DNA of 64,000 bases from Dipteris shenzhenensis (Eukaryota): the NCBI GenBank assembly GCA_047967505.1, contig CM106538.1, one strand, 5' to 3'. Positions 1-11,914 of the stretch are shown here, piece after piece. How positions within the stretch are numbered: position 1 is the first letter of the stretch; every line of letters begins with the position of its first letter. The notes beneath the pieces are model-generated. The model saw only the letters and a program-made list of their open reading frames with translations. It searched no databases and had not been told where the DNA came from. The position numbers and the translations under genes are program-made.

Positions 1-94
1 AGTGGTTGGAAATGATGCAATGTGGCTGTGAATAATGAATATGCAATGCAAGTTATGGTCTACTACCCTTTAGGAAACTTAAGGCCGGTTTCAG

Positions 95-110
95 TGGTTC
101 CATTGCCGGG
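95..110 (+). promoter_or_regulatory. Primer-binding site, tRNA-Glu-like (TGGTTCCATTGCCGGG)
   Basis: Lies one base after the LTR-terminal CA. From memory it is complementary to the plant tRNA-Glu 3' end (...CCCGGCAACGGAACCA) with one mismatch. Confidence 0.65.
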
Positions 111-250
111 ATATCACCATCTTCCTACAGAGGTGAGCCCTGGGAGTGTTGGGTGAAGAAAGCCCCATTGCATTTTTGTTACAGCCATATCATCAACAAT
201 CATGTTGCACTGCAAGAGATCACTGACTAGCTCCGAGCAGGAAGACAGCT

Positions 251-1296
251 TTGAGGATGGAGCACAACACCAGTGAGGGTGAAGAAGAGCAAAATGATGA
301 GGGACAGCATGTTTCTCCTGAGCATGCCACTGAGGATTCGCAGGACGAGTTAGATGAGTCAGAGGAGCTTGATCCCAATGCCCTTTTTCAATTACAAATG
401 CAAAGTGCAGTGGAAGCCCTGTCACAGCTGCAACAGACTTTCTTGGAGATTATGCAAGCTTATCCTGGTGGTAATGCTCCCCCTGGAAGCAAAAAGACAG
501 CTGAGAAGAAGCAGACAAAGCATAAGACGACTCAAAGGCATGTATCTTTTAGTAGACAGCCACCAGAGATGCCCACAGTCACCCCTGTAGCGGGTAATGT
601 CAATACTTTTCATTCAGTTAATCAAGGACAGCAAGTCCTTCCTCAGCCCATGAAGCCTCCAGGATATTTTGGCGGAGGATCGGTTTTTCAATCAATGGTG
701 GGACAGCCCACCAAAGGGCTTCGTATGCCTGGTACATACTTGGGTAGTTTCCAGCCAGGAATGCAGAATTTGCAGCAGCATATGGAGGGTGGAATGCTCC
801 CTGCAAATGCCAATATGATGTATGCAAACATAGGGATGCAACCCGGTATGCAGACAGGGATGCCAGGAATGATAAGCAACACTTGGAGTGTGCCACAGAT
901 GCAAGGAATGGGATCTGGAATGGTCAACCCCACTATGGGCACAGGCGATATGGTACAGAATATGGGATCCACGAAGCCTCCACCATATTTACAGCCCCCA
1001 GTCAGGATGACTCTTTCACGAAAAGGAAATTTGCCAAGACAACCAAAGTCAAGCTTGATGTGGACCAGCGACCTAATTGTAAGCCCAGTACCAGAGAGAG
1101 ATTGTCTCCTGAGGAACGGCAAGCCCTATTTGAAGCTGGAAAGTGTTTCCTTTGCAAAGAAGCGGGCCATCATGCCAAAGATTGCCCCAATCGTAAACGG
1201 AAACAACCTATGGGAGCACAAGAAGTAAAAGGACAGCCACACGTGCTAGAAGATTTGTTTTCCTTTGGTAGAAAGCACGAATATTGGTATGCATGA
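251..1296 (+). pseudogene. gag remnant: acidic and Q/M/G-rich N-terminus, frameshifted into a nucleocapsid zinc knuckle
   Basis: ORF 251-1228 is low complexity; overlapping ORF 883-1296 contains RLSPEERQALFEAGKCFLCKEAGHHAKDC (CX2CX4HX4C). No capsid domain was recognised. Confidence 0.7.
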
Positions 1297-2183
1297 TTGT
1301 AACAGCCAGAAATTGGAGAGTCTCCTCTTTCTAGGCTGCTTTGTTATTTGCAGGATGTTTATTCCCTGCTAGTTTTGCATGGTAATTTGCAGGATGGTTC
1401 TTCCCTGCTAGTTTTGTTGTTTTTTGTATCAGTCAGAAGATGGAGAGTCTCCTCTTCTAGGCTGAATGGTAAATTGCAGAATAAGTAGTCCTTGTTACTG
1501 TTGGATTGCTCGTGTTGTCCGGCATGGCTAGAGCAGCACATCCATGTATCACATGCCTGTTTTGGATGCTCTTGTTGCCCGGCATGGCTCGAGCAGTAAA
1601 TCCATTTAGTACATGCTAGTTGGTTTTTTATTTGAACCATGAGACAAGGATCCAAGTCTAGCATAGATCGGCTGAACCGATTCAGCTTGCGGTGATGCAA
1701 GTCTGAAAGGATTTCGAGTACCAGGATCTATGTTCCTAGGATCCATTATTGTGATGTGTGTGTGGTTTCAAGTTATTGGAGGTTAGTGAACTAGCAGATT
1801 TCACTTAGAGTGGTGTAGTCCACTCAGTTGTTGTGCTTTGAGCTGACTTCGGTTGTAGCTCCTTCAGGCTCAGTAGAGCATAGGTCTAGAGCATTGCCTG
1901 ATGCTCAAGAGGGGGGTAGTTCCTCCAACCCCTTGTCAACAGACAGGCTCACGGTATCTATAAGTCGCTTGGTGACACTGTATGTCTCACCTGAGGTATT
2001 GTTTGCTTACAATACATCTGCTACGGGACTTCTATGATGAGTGTACTAGTCACTCCACACGGATGATGCATTGATATATGGATGGACACGCGCGCTCTCC
2101 AGACTCCTAGACCATATCATCATTGCTGGTGGTTTATGTTTATAGCAGCAAACTTGATAGTTTGCTGTTTCAAGAGGAGGGTA

Positions 2184-3684
2184 TGTCACAAGGACGTGAA
2201 GTTATGAACCGTGACTTACTTTGGCAAATAAATGTCCGTACAGTAGTCTTTGGAATCCGTGCAGCAGCAACAGCATTAATGGCATCCGTACAGCCAGCAA
2301 ATAAACGTCCGTACAGCCAGCAAAATCACTCGTACTAGCAGAAAAATCATCCGTACAGTCCGCCTTCGATCCCGTACAACAGCACGTGAAAGGTCCATAC
2401 AATCAGCCTAGAAAAGCGTGCATCTGTCCATACAGCCAGCAATTAAGACCTTGGGAGTCGTGCAGCAGCCTGTACACTTGCAGCCAGCCTCGATCAGCAG
2501 CCTGTACAGCAGTACGGCTGCTTCAAATCACCAACAGCAGGTCCGTACAGTCGTACGGTGACCTCGAGGAGCGTGCAATAGCCGTACAGCATGCAGCGTG
2601 CGTAGGACTCCATACAGCCAATGATCAAAGCACCTTGGCATTCGTGCAACGTGAAAGATCCCGTGCAGCCTGCGTTGAAAGGCCATACCATTTGCCTTGG
2701 AAGGAGAGGAAGAGGGTAGGTATGCATGAGGGAATGCTACGTGGCCCCCTCATTAAAGCTCTAACCCTTGCAAACCAATGGAACATTGGTTTGCCCCTCA
2801 CATTAAAATCCTAACCCCTTCTAACCAATAAAACATTGGTTTCCTTGGGCCTAACTTTAAAACCCCTCTAAGCCTTGCCTTGCCCCTGGCAAGTAGGCCT
2901 AGTGTGTGCACCTAGGGACTTTTGGGAAGTGTCTCTTCCCCTGCCTCTTGTACGGCCCCTTTCCCTTGCTATACGGCCTGTTTATCTTCTCTTTCCTACC
3001 CGTGATCCTCCTGCTCTTTCTCTCTCTTTGATTCCAGCTCGTAATCCCTCTCTTCCTTCCCCTCTCCTAGTTGCCTGTTACTTCGGCTAGCCTCAACACT
3101 AGATGTGTTGCTTCTGGAGGTGTTTCGGAGCTGGATTGAAGTCAGTTGAAGCTAGTTTGAGTTCTCTTGTCACTATCCTTTTCATGTGATTGCATTTGGA
3201 GATTTTTGGAAAGTGTCTGGATGCCTAGTCATTCACAGTTGGTTACAGTCTTTGTAAAATGTTTGGATACTTTTACAGTTGGTCATGGACAAATGGTGAA
3301 TGCCTTAGCTTTGCCTTGGCACTTGGGTGCTAGTGTGTGCACTAGGATGGAATGCAGGTTATAGCCAAGGTTTGGCTTGGATGGTGGAATTGCCCGTGGG
3401 GCAGAGCACAAGGAAGAGCCCTTGTTGTATGTATTAATTTCATTCCTAAAGAAATAAATAAATACCGGAAGGGGCGCCAAGTGTTTGGGGCCAGTGTGGT
3501 GTCTTGTACTTGGTTTCATTGAGCAGGGGCATATTCTAGCCTCCATCCAGTTAGTTCTCAAGTTGTTTCTAAGTGGTATTGTTTAAAGTTAAGTGGTTGG
3601 AAATGATGCAATGTGGCTGTGAATAATGAATATGCAATGCAAGTTATGGTCTACAGCCCTTTAGGAAAGTGAAGGCCGGTTTCA
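2184..3684 (+). repeat. 3' LTR (~1.5 kb) with internal CCGTACAGC sub-repeats
   Basis: TG...CA termini directly after the PPT. The last 93 nt match the window start; about ten degenerate (C)CGTACAGC motifs lie at 2235-2620. Confidence 0.65.
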
Positions 3685-4893
3685 GTTGAATTCATTACCT
3701 AGAATACATTGACTAAAGAAAGAAAACAAAGAAAGCTTATTAACATATATGGAAGACCGAAGGGTCTATGAGACTAAGAAAAACTAGATACGATGAAAGC
3801 TAAGGGGCAGGGCCACTAAACGGGCATCCACACCCAAGGCTGGTGTCTGTGATGAGAAAATAAATATATCATGCTGTCGCTATAAGAGAGAGAACCCACA
3901 TGTAGCTATAAAGGGCAATGAGGGGAATTCTCTAGCCATCAGTCAACAGGTCAGCTATCCATTCGAGTGGGTTGGTTGGACCTATGTATGCTGTCTATGG
4001 GACCAACTCCATCTGTCAATTGAGAATAGGCAAGATGAGCTGGACTGACAACGGCTCTGGATCTAGTGAGGCCTAGCGTCATCGGGGAAGAAATGTTGTC
4101 TAGCAATTGCTGCAGTCACTCCAGTGGCTTTTCTCCCCACATCGAATAGAGAGGAGAAGTCTGCAATCCTCATGTGAGTGTCCATGAGAGGTCAAGTCTG
4201 TGACGTGCACTCCGGATCTCTACTACGTCAAGACCCCTGCTGCCCCTGGCTCGAGTCACCGAAGAAAAAATCTGTGATTGTCCTCTGACTTCTGCATCTA
4301 TGAAAATTATGAAAATCTTGTATTCAAACTCCTACAATCATATGTGAATCATAGGATCTTTGTATGTGTTGCAGGCAGCAGAAACAAATGGTCCATTTTC
4401 CAAGCATTTGAAAACACATTTGCAAACGTGACATTTCCAAACGTGAGGCAACTATGCAGGCCACAGCTATTGTCAAGAAACGTGGGTCTTTTAAGTTTTT
4501 CAAAGCTGGGTGCACATTTCAAACTGATGAGTTTTGTAAAGCATTTGTTCCTGTGTACATTGATAAATGTTTGCTGAGCTGAAGTTGACAAATCCTCCAC
4601 TCATCTCATTGCAGTCAAGTTGCCCTTGCCAAGAAAACGTCCTTACTATGGCTTTCTCTAGGTAAGATGGCTAAGTTGAAATAGGTATGACTGACAAGAT
4701 TGTGTACTTCTGTTCTTCTTGGAGGAATTTGGAGATCTCCATAGGTGTTCCCAGACTTCATCTTCTTTGTTCCCTTTGGAATTGTGGAGCAATTATACTT
4801 GATGCATGAATAGCAAATGTGAGTTTGACATAACATAATAGACAAATCTCTCCTTCTTTTGCTTCTCTCTATTAAATGCCAAGAGAACGTCAC

Positions 4894-5005
4894 CTTTGAG
4901 ATCTAACAGAAAATGATCCTCCTGATTTGCCAACATGCTAATGCGACCAACTGCTCCAATATCACCACTTAGATCTGAAGCATCCCCATCACATTCCAAA
5001 AGAAC
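4894..5005 (-). CDS. BIN4: BIN4 coding exon 5 (conserved C-terminal domain); gene continues beyond the window start
   Basis: tggcag|GTT...AAAG|gtgac; 112 nt, VLLECDGDASDLSGDIGAVGRISMLANQEDHFLLDLK(G), matching BIN4 'VECEGDSIDLSGDMGAVGR...LDLKG'. In phase with exon 4. The next expected exon ('TIYKTTIVPS'-like) was not seen in the window. Confidence 0.9.
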
Positions 5006-6081
5006 CTGCCATAAAAGCGTGCTTCTTTAAATGCATATTGCTCCTAGCTTTTCAAAAATCATGTTGCCATCAACATTTGAGCACACATTTATAAACAATG
5101 CCAAAAAACTATTGTTTCACACAAGGGGATCGATATATAAACATGCAGTTTTGACTTGGCTGAACAAATTGTCATCATGAAAAACTGCATATCACATCAT
5201 GGACACCTTGGAGCATAGATTATAGAAATGGGAGACAGTTGAGCTTGGTACAGTGAACCCAGTTGAAAGAGGGGGATGTGCTCCCCCCATTTTCTCAGGA
5301 CGGGAGCAACAGATTTATTCAGCCGACTCCTGTCAGGATACACCGTGAAGCAGGTGTAACCCATATCTGTTAACGTACCTCCACTTCAATTCACTAGAAA
5401 AGGCCAGGATAGAGAACTGTCCACAAGATCTGAGATATATTGAAAATCTCTTGATTAGGAGAACAATAGAAAAACCATGTGCTCATTCAGTATCTTGCCG
5501 AGAATACTGTGATCCATCATGTGGAACAAGCATAACAATATCCATTCAGGACTGTTGAAAAAACAATTTTAAGTTATTGTGTTTACAGCTACTAGCAAAA
5601 AACACAATGGCATAGAATGATTAGTCCATGTTTGAAAACTCGTCCAAACAGTTGAAATTTCGGAAGTGATTGGAGCCTATAAGATGTGTGAATCTTTTGA
5701 TGGTTACATAACAAAATAAGACTGGAGACCAATCTAAACTTTGCCACAATTGTTTTGAAACAAGAATTTGTATCTTAAATCTTCTGGTTAAGTTCTTCTA
5801 TTTGGCCATCTAGTAAAGGACTTGAAAGCTCAAATGGTGTGTTGTAAATGGTGAAGTTTAATGTGTTAAGATGTTAATCCTTGTAGGTGGGATGTTGGAA
5901 TGGTCCCCTCCCCATCTGTGAGCCCCCAAATGAGGGGAGGTGCACCAGGGTAGGTTACGAGCAATGTGGGCAGTAGGTGAGCCTGCCACATGGGCAGGTC
6001 TAACACGGAATGCAAGGCTGCCACATGGACAGCACATGGGCTGTCATGTGGGCAGCAAGGATACAAAGAACATGAAAAAGG

Positions 6082-8529
6082 TGTTGGAAAACGTGGGATA
6101 GAAGAGAAACATCTTGGAAGAGAAGTGAGAACACAAGATGCAAACCAAAAGTGTGTTCTATTCATTGTGAGAGGGAAGTCCCTCTTTTATAGAAATGGAG
6201 AGAGGGTGGCCTAAATCAATGGCACCTCTCCTACATCAAAGGAGGTAGCTCCTAAATCATAGGAACTCCACAATTATAGGCACCACCCCATGTGGGGGCC
6301 TTTGCATTACATCATCACCTATGTCATGGCCTATGGCACTAAGTGTGCCTCTTCTGCACACACACACACAACCATATGACTGCTAGTGGATGCACACATG
6401 CACCTAGCAAGCCCTTGATCACACATATCCCAACATACCCCCCCTCAAAGGTTTGCCTCTTGCTATGTCAAGGATACATCTAGTCACATAGTTTCTCATG
6501 CCATCTCATGGTGGTCAAGGATAAATCTATGGCTAGGATCTCATGCTAGCAAAGGTGCCCAAGGGTCAAGGCTTACAAAAATGGGATAGACCCCCCCAAA
6601 TGGTTATCTCCCTTGCATGTTCAAGGATTAATCATAGGCCTTTGTATGGACCAAGTTTCTCATGTCTGCAAGAGGTACCATGGAGGCAAAGACATAACAC
6701 ATGGTCTACATCATATGGTGACTAGAGGTGATTTACAAAAGATACAACACTTAACATTCTTTTTGGAGTATTATTCCAGGCAGAAAACCTCAAAAATTTG
6801 ACCAAGTGATGATTACGTTTATTTTAAAGATGTTGGACCTTAAAAGACCCAATCTTCTACCACAAAGTTTGTTTGTGCATTTGTTGAATTACTTTCCTCA
6901 ATCAGATTTGCCTTGGCATTCTTTGTAAATGCTTGATCATCTTCAAGCTTTCTAGTATCCAAAAGTGATGTCTCTTGTTGAAGAGACTTTCAAGCAATAT
7001 GAGTATCATCCTTCATCTTGAAACCTTTGAGGAAGCCTTTAATGTTGATCTTGACATCCATATACATCTTGTCATTTGCCAATGAAGTTGACATGAAATT
7101 AAAATGTGAAGAGAGTAGATCTTCCTTTTTCAATGGTAGCACCAGAAATATCTCATCAACAAGAATGTTGTAATTGAGAAGTACAAAACACTTCCAAAAG
7201 GAAACATACTTTGAAAAATAGTCATCAACATTTGCATCCATTCGTTCACCACTATGAGTGATCATAAACTTCATGATTGTAGAGGAGGATTCCATAAAGT
7301 TTGTCTCACCATATGCATACCATACTTGCTCATCTCCATATATGTTGGCATGTCTCCACCATGTTATGCTCACACCTTGTCCTGAGCACTTCAATTTGTG
7401 CTTGTTGTTGATGAAGGTCTTCATGAGATTTTTCTTGACTCTTGCCTCAAAAACATCATGATTTCTACCTCCCCTCAATGAGAATTGTCCAAACACCATC
7501 ATATGCTCAAAAGTCAAGTCCATCATATGAAGAATTATTGACTAAAGACTATTTGACCATTCACATAGAAGTTTTGAATCAGTTACAAATGTGGTCAAAG
7601 TAATCAGTCAAAGACCATATCAGTGGTAGACTGAAGCAAACAAATACTGACTGATTTTCACAAAAGCCCCAAAAAATAAGTTTGACCACTCAACATTTTG
7701 ACCATAAAACTGTCAAAAATCAAATCCAGCAATAGGCAAGGAATGGAGGGCAAAATTCAAACCGTTGAAGAGTGCATTCAAGGGGCATTTGCAGCAGAAT
7801 GAAAGCTTGATTACCAAAGAACAAGCACCAGCAATGATAGGCGGAATAGTGCGCTATGTCACCCAGGAGACGTGCACCTTCTTGAGCTGTAGTTTTGGTG
7901 ATTACTCCTCTTTAGAACAACCATTGGGCCTCATATTTGGACACAAGGGAGCTTGTGGTGTCGCCCACCTGTGGCTAGAAGGAATTGTCGAAGAGTCAAG
8001 GCATTGGGCAGAATTGTGTGAAAGTTTGCTAAGCGAAGAAGCTATCGGCACGAGCGTATGCGGGAATATATTTCTAATTGCTTGCAGCCAAGAGGTCGCC
8101 CATATTCAAGGATGCTTGGTATGAAATAATGCTAGCCTAGGCAAGATCTAGAACTTAAATCTATGATACCAAATGTTGGAAAATGTGGGATAGAAGAGAT
8201 GCATCTTGGAAGAGAAGTGAGAACACAAGATGCAAACCAAAAGTGTGTTCTATTCATTGTGAGAGGGAAGTCCCTCTTTTATAGAAATGGAGAGAGTGTG
8301 GCCTAAATCAATGGCACCTCTCCTACATCAAAGGAGGTAGCTCCTAAATCATAGGAACTCCACAATCATAAACACCACCCCATGTGGGGGCCTTTGCATT
8401 ACATCATCACCTGTGTCATGGCCTATGGCACTAAGTGTGCCTCTTCTACACACACACACACACACACAACCATATGACTGCTAGTGGATGCACACATGCA
8501 CCTAGCAAGTGATCACACATATCCCAACA
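6082..8529 (-). mobile_element. Non-autonomous LTR retroelement (TRIM/LARD-like), ~355-bp LTRs, TSD AAAGG
   Basis: LTRs 6082-6435 and 8174-8529 (TGTTGG...CCAACA), near-identical by eye. AAAGG flanks both sides (6077-6081, 8530-8534). A Met-like PBS TGGTATCATAG lies on the minus strand at ~8161-8171 and a PPT GAGGGGGGG at ~6438-6446. The 1.7-kb interior has only degenerate coding remnants. Confidence 0.92.
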
Positions 8530-9857
8530 AAAGGTCTGTCATGTGGGCAGCAATCATACAAAGAACAAACAAGTAAAGAGATGCCGCATGGGCAGCACAA
8601 TCAAAGAAGGTACCTAGCTGCTTGGAGAGATCTGCAACAGACTTGGAGCAGTAGAAGAGCTTGGAATCCTGCCAGATTCACCCGCAATGCCACATGGCAT
8701 GGTCTAGGTTGTTCAGCAACAATACGGACAGATTCATGGCCTGGAACAGACCTAGAAGGTATCTGTCAGCCTGCATGGAGGTTTGAAGCACGGTGAGCAT
8801 GATGGACCCACACGGGGAGCACCAGGAGCAAGCCAGGATGTCAGGCGTGAAGCACAGATTATAGAAATGGGAAATAGAGAGCTTGGTACAGTGAAACCCA
8901 ATTGAAAGAGGGGATGTGCTTCCCCCATTTTCTTAGGACGGGAAACAAGAGATCTATTCAGCCTACTCCTGTCTGGATACACCATGAAGCAGGTGTACTC
9001 ATATCTGTAAACGCACCTCCACTTTAACTTGCCAAGACAGAACTGTCCACAGGATATGAGATATATTGAAAATCTCTGGATTAGGGACCTCTTAGGTCTC
9101 TACACAAAGTGTGGAATTGAAATAACGGCGCTCCTGCGAGCTTCCCTCTCCCCATCGCTAGCTACCTCCACTCCCTAGCCCCCCCCCCCGCCGCGACCAC
9201 CCCCCGCCCCCCGTCTCTCCACCCTCGCCTTCCGCTCGCCATCCCCCTCACCCGCCGCCTCGCTCACCCACCACCCATCCCTCCGCCTCGCTCGCCGCCT
9301 CCCATCCCCCGCCCCCTGCCTCTCCGCCCTCGCCCCCCCGCCCGCCCTCGCTCACCCGCCCCCCTCGCTCACCCGACCCGCCCCTCGCTCACCCGCCTCG
9401 CTCACTCCACCCAACCCCCTCGCTCCCCGCCTCCATCCCGCTCCCCCCCGTCCCCCGCGCCCTCACCCGCCTCTCCGCCACTCCGCCTTCCACCCCCCCT
9501 CGCCTCCATTCCGCTCCCCCCGCTTCCTTCTGCTCCACCCCCCCCTTTTTTTTTTTTTTTCGCCTCCACTCCGCTCCCCCGCCCTCCGATTCACCCCTCC
9601 GCCCCCGCCACATCACCCCCGCCCCCCCCGCCCTCCCGCGCCACCCGCCTGCCCCGTACCCTTCACCCCGCCTCGCCCGACCCCCCCCGTTCACCCACCT
9701 CGCTTCGCCCGCCCCTCTGCTTCACTTCACCACCCCGCCTCCACCCTCCGCCTCCGCCACCATCCCTTCCATACCCAGGCGCCATCCTCCCGCTTCGTCT
9801 CCCCTTTTGGGGTGGCAGCCTGTTCTTCATCGGAAGCTTGCAGTTAGTCTTGGCGGT

Positions 9858-11914
9858 ATGGCGGCCCCCTGCCCCCTACCCGGATCCGGAGGCCCAGTCG
9901 GACCCTCCCTCTCCAGATGCCTACCGCGTTATCCTGACAGAGCAACAATCATCTCGTGTGCAGGAGGTTGCCACTGACTTTGCCCGTACCTCTGTTTACG
10001 GTAGAGTCATTGGACACTCTCCCTCCAGAGCAGCCATCAGGGACTGGCTCCAGTCCACTCTCCTGCTAGAGGATGGCCATATTGAGGAGGTGGCCCTTAT
10101 GGGAAGGGGCATCTTCTGGCTCAAACTCTCCAATGAGAAAGCTGCGAGCAACCTGATTGCCGGTTCCCCCACATCGGTGGATGGAAAGATTATCATGATA
10201 GTCCCGTGGTACCGTGGATTCAACGCAGCAGATTTTGATGTTCGGTTCCGTATACCTCGCCACCCAGTGACACTAGTTTTTCCAGGGCTTGCTGCTGAGC
10301 TGCGGCCGATTGTCAGGGACTTGGGCTCCCATTTTGGATGGGTTATGCACGACACCTTCGCCGATGCGGTGACCACGGCAGGAGCCCCCCGTGTCCGAGT
10401 GGCTGTGGCAGACCCTGCGACCCTCCCTGCAGTGATCGAGATTGTGACAGATGCCGGCAGCATCACCCAGAGCATGATAGTCACCGGACAGCCAGGTCAG
10501 TGCCTGAGGTGCCATGGCTTTGGGCACTTGGCGGCTGCGTGCCCACGCTTCGCCAGTTCATCTCGACCCCCCCCGTCCCCGCCTCCTCCGCCCCCGCCCC
10601 CCCCCCCCCGGCGGACAGTCACGTCAGGAGGAGCCGAGGCAGGCGGAGCCCGGTCCAGAGTTAGTGGGTGGCTGGACCGAGGTTAGAAGGAAAAGAGGAA
10701 GGAACAAGAAGATCTCGGATAAAGGCAAGGAGGCAGAGGTTACCCTTCCGGCAGCAGCACCCCAGAGACCTGACAGGCAGCCGCCCGAGGGACCTGGGAG
10801 AGCTTCTTCGTCGACGGCAGGCCGCCCTTCACAGCCTCAGATCCCCCCCTCTCCCGCTCCCCCGTCCCTTCCCACTCAGTCCCAGTCCCCTCCCCAGTTT
10901 CCCCTCCCTTCGCCCGGCCCGCAGCCTCAGCCTCCGTCTCTTCCTCCTCAGTCTCCTTCTCCTCCCTCTCAGCCCCAGCTCCAGAGGAGTCCCCATCCCC
11001 CCCCTCCCTCCGCTCCCCTCGACTCCTCTACAGTGTTAGCTGCACCCTCGGCTTCCCAGTCGAGGGCAGCCCCCGATCCGCCTCCTCCACCTGCTCCGCC
11101 AGTCGCCCCCGTGGAGCTCGAGTCGCCTACCCCTCAGCCTCCTCCCCCTCCCCCCCCGCTGGCAGGACACCCGGAGTCTACACCACCACCGGAGCAGGCT
11201 TCCATGGCCGCTAGCCCCTCAGTGGCAGACTCTGATGGGTCTCAGCCTCAGGAGAGAGCGCTTCCTCGAGACTTTTACAGATCAGGCCCCTGGGACTACT
11301 TGGACGTGGCCGACCTTGGGACCTTCCCGGCTTATCTCGACATCAGCATCTTCTTGCTCCGCAAAGGGGCGGATGGGAAGATTGTCGCCTTGGCCCCTAG
11401 AGATGGCCCTAGCTTCGCCTTCACGTTCCTCAGCGATGGCACCGAGACCTGGACAGACGACTCGGTTTGGGAGGCGCTCAGAGAGCAGACACACGCCCAG
11501 GTCTGTTCCTGGATAGGCCCGTCCGGTGGGCAGCTTCTCGAGACTCAGTGGTCCGAGGGCGATGTGCGCTTGCGGTGGCGCTGCGCCGCCAAACGCTTCC
11601 GACTGATTGTGATCCTCAGACCTACCCCGTCATGGCCTCTCCCCCAGGATGTCAGAGCTTGGTCCCATCAGAAACTCCGCACCTTCTATGGGATGACCAC
11701 TTCAGAGATCTCGAGCTGGCTCGAGAAAGCATTTGTTCATGGCACCAAAGGCCTCTCGCCTTTGTTGAAGGTGTTGAAGGACGGGCAGGACGATCCCGTC
11801 TCCCCCTCCAAACCTTCTCATAAGCGGCAACGCCTCCATTCCGACATGCCTGATTCTTCATCGCCTTCGACCGCGAGCAGACAGTTGTTCGCAGCACCCC
11901 ATCCCTCGCCATGA
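9858..11914 (+). pseudogene. L1 ORF1: DUF4283/RRM-like region, CCHC knuckle, Pro-rich linker, extra C-terminal domain; two +1 frameshifts in C runs
   Basis: SVYGRVIG...GRGIFWLKL...IVPW (DUF4283-like) and CLRCHGFGHLAAAC. The ATG at 9858 is out of frame by one C; a second shift lies in the C runs at ~10565-10610. Confidence 0.85.

Larger units (their letters stand above)
1..3684 (+). mobile_element. Non-autonomous Ty3/gypsy-derived LTR element (gag remnant only); 5' LTR cut by the window edge
   Basis: Bases 1-93 repeat at 3592-3684, both ending ...GGCCGGTTTCA. There is a PBS-like sequence at 95-110 and a PPT AAGAGGAGGG at 2172-2181, followed by TG at 2184. The internal region encodes a gag-like ORF with a CCHC knuckle; no pol ORF. 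Confidence 0.8.

Noticed and set aside
3700-4270. Possible minus-strand LINE 3' remnant or a further BIN4 exon
   Set aside because: Only weak Trp-motif similarity, and the expected next BIN4 motif (TIYKTTIVPS-like) is not present.
6990-7526. 178-aa minus-strand ORF as a captured gene
   Set aside because: It lies inside the non-autonomous LTR element and shows only faint pol-like remnants (…FKMKD); no recognisable host domain.
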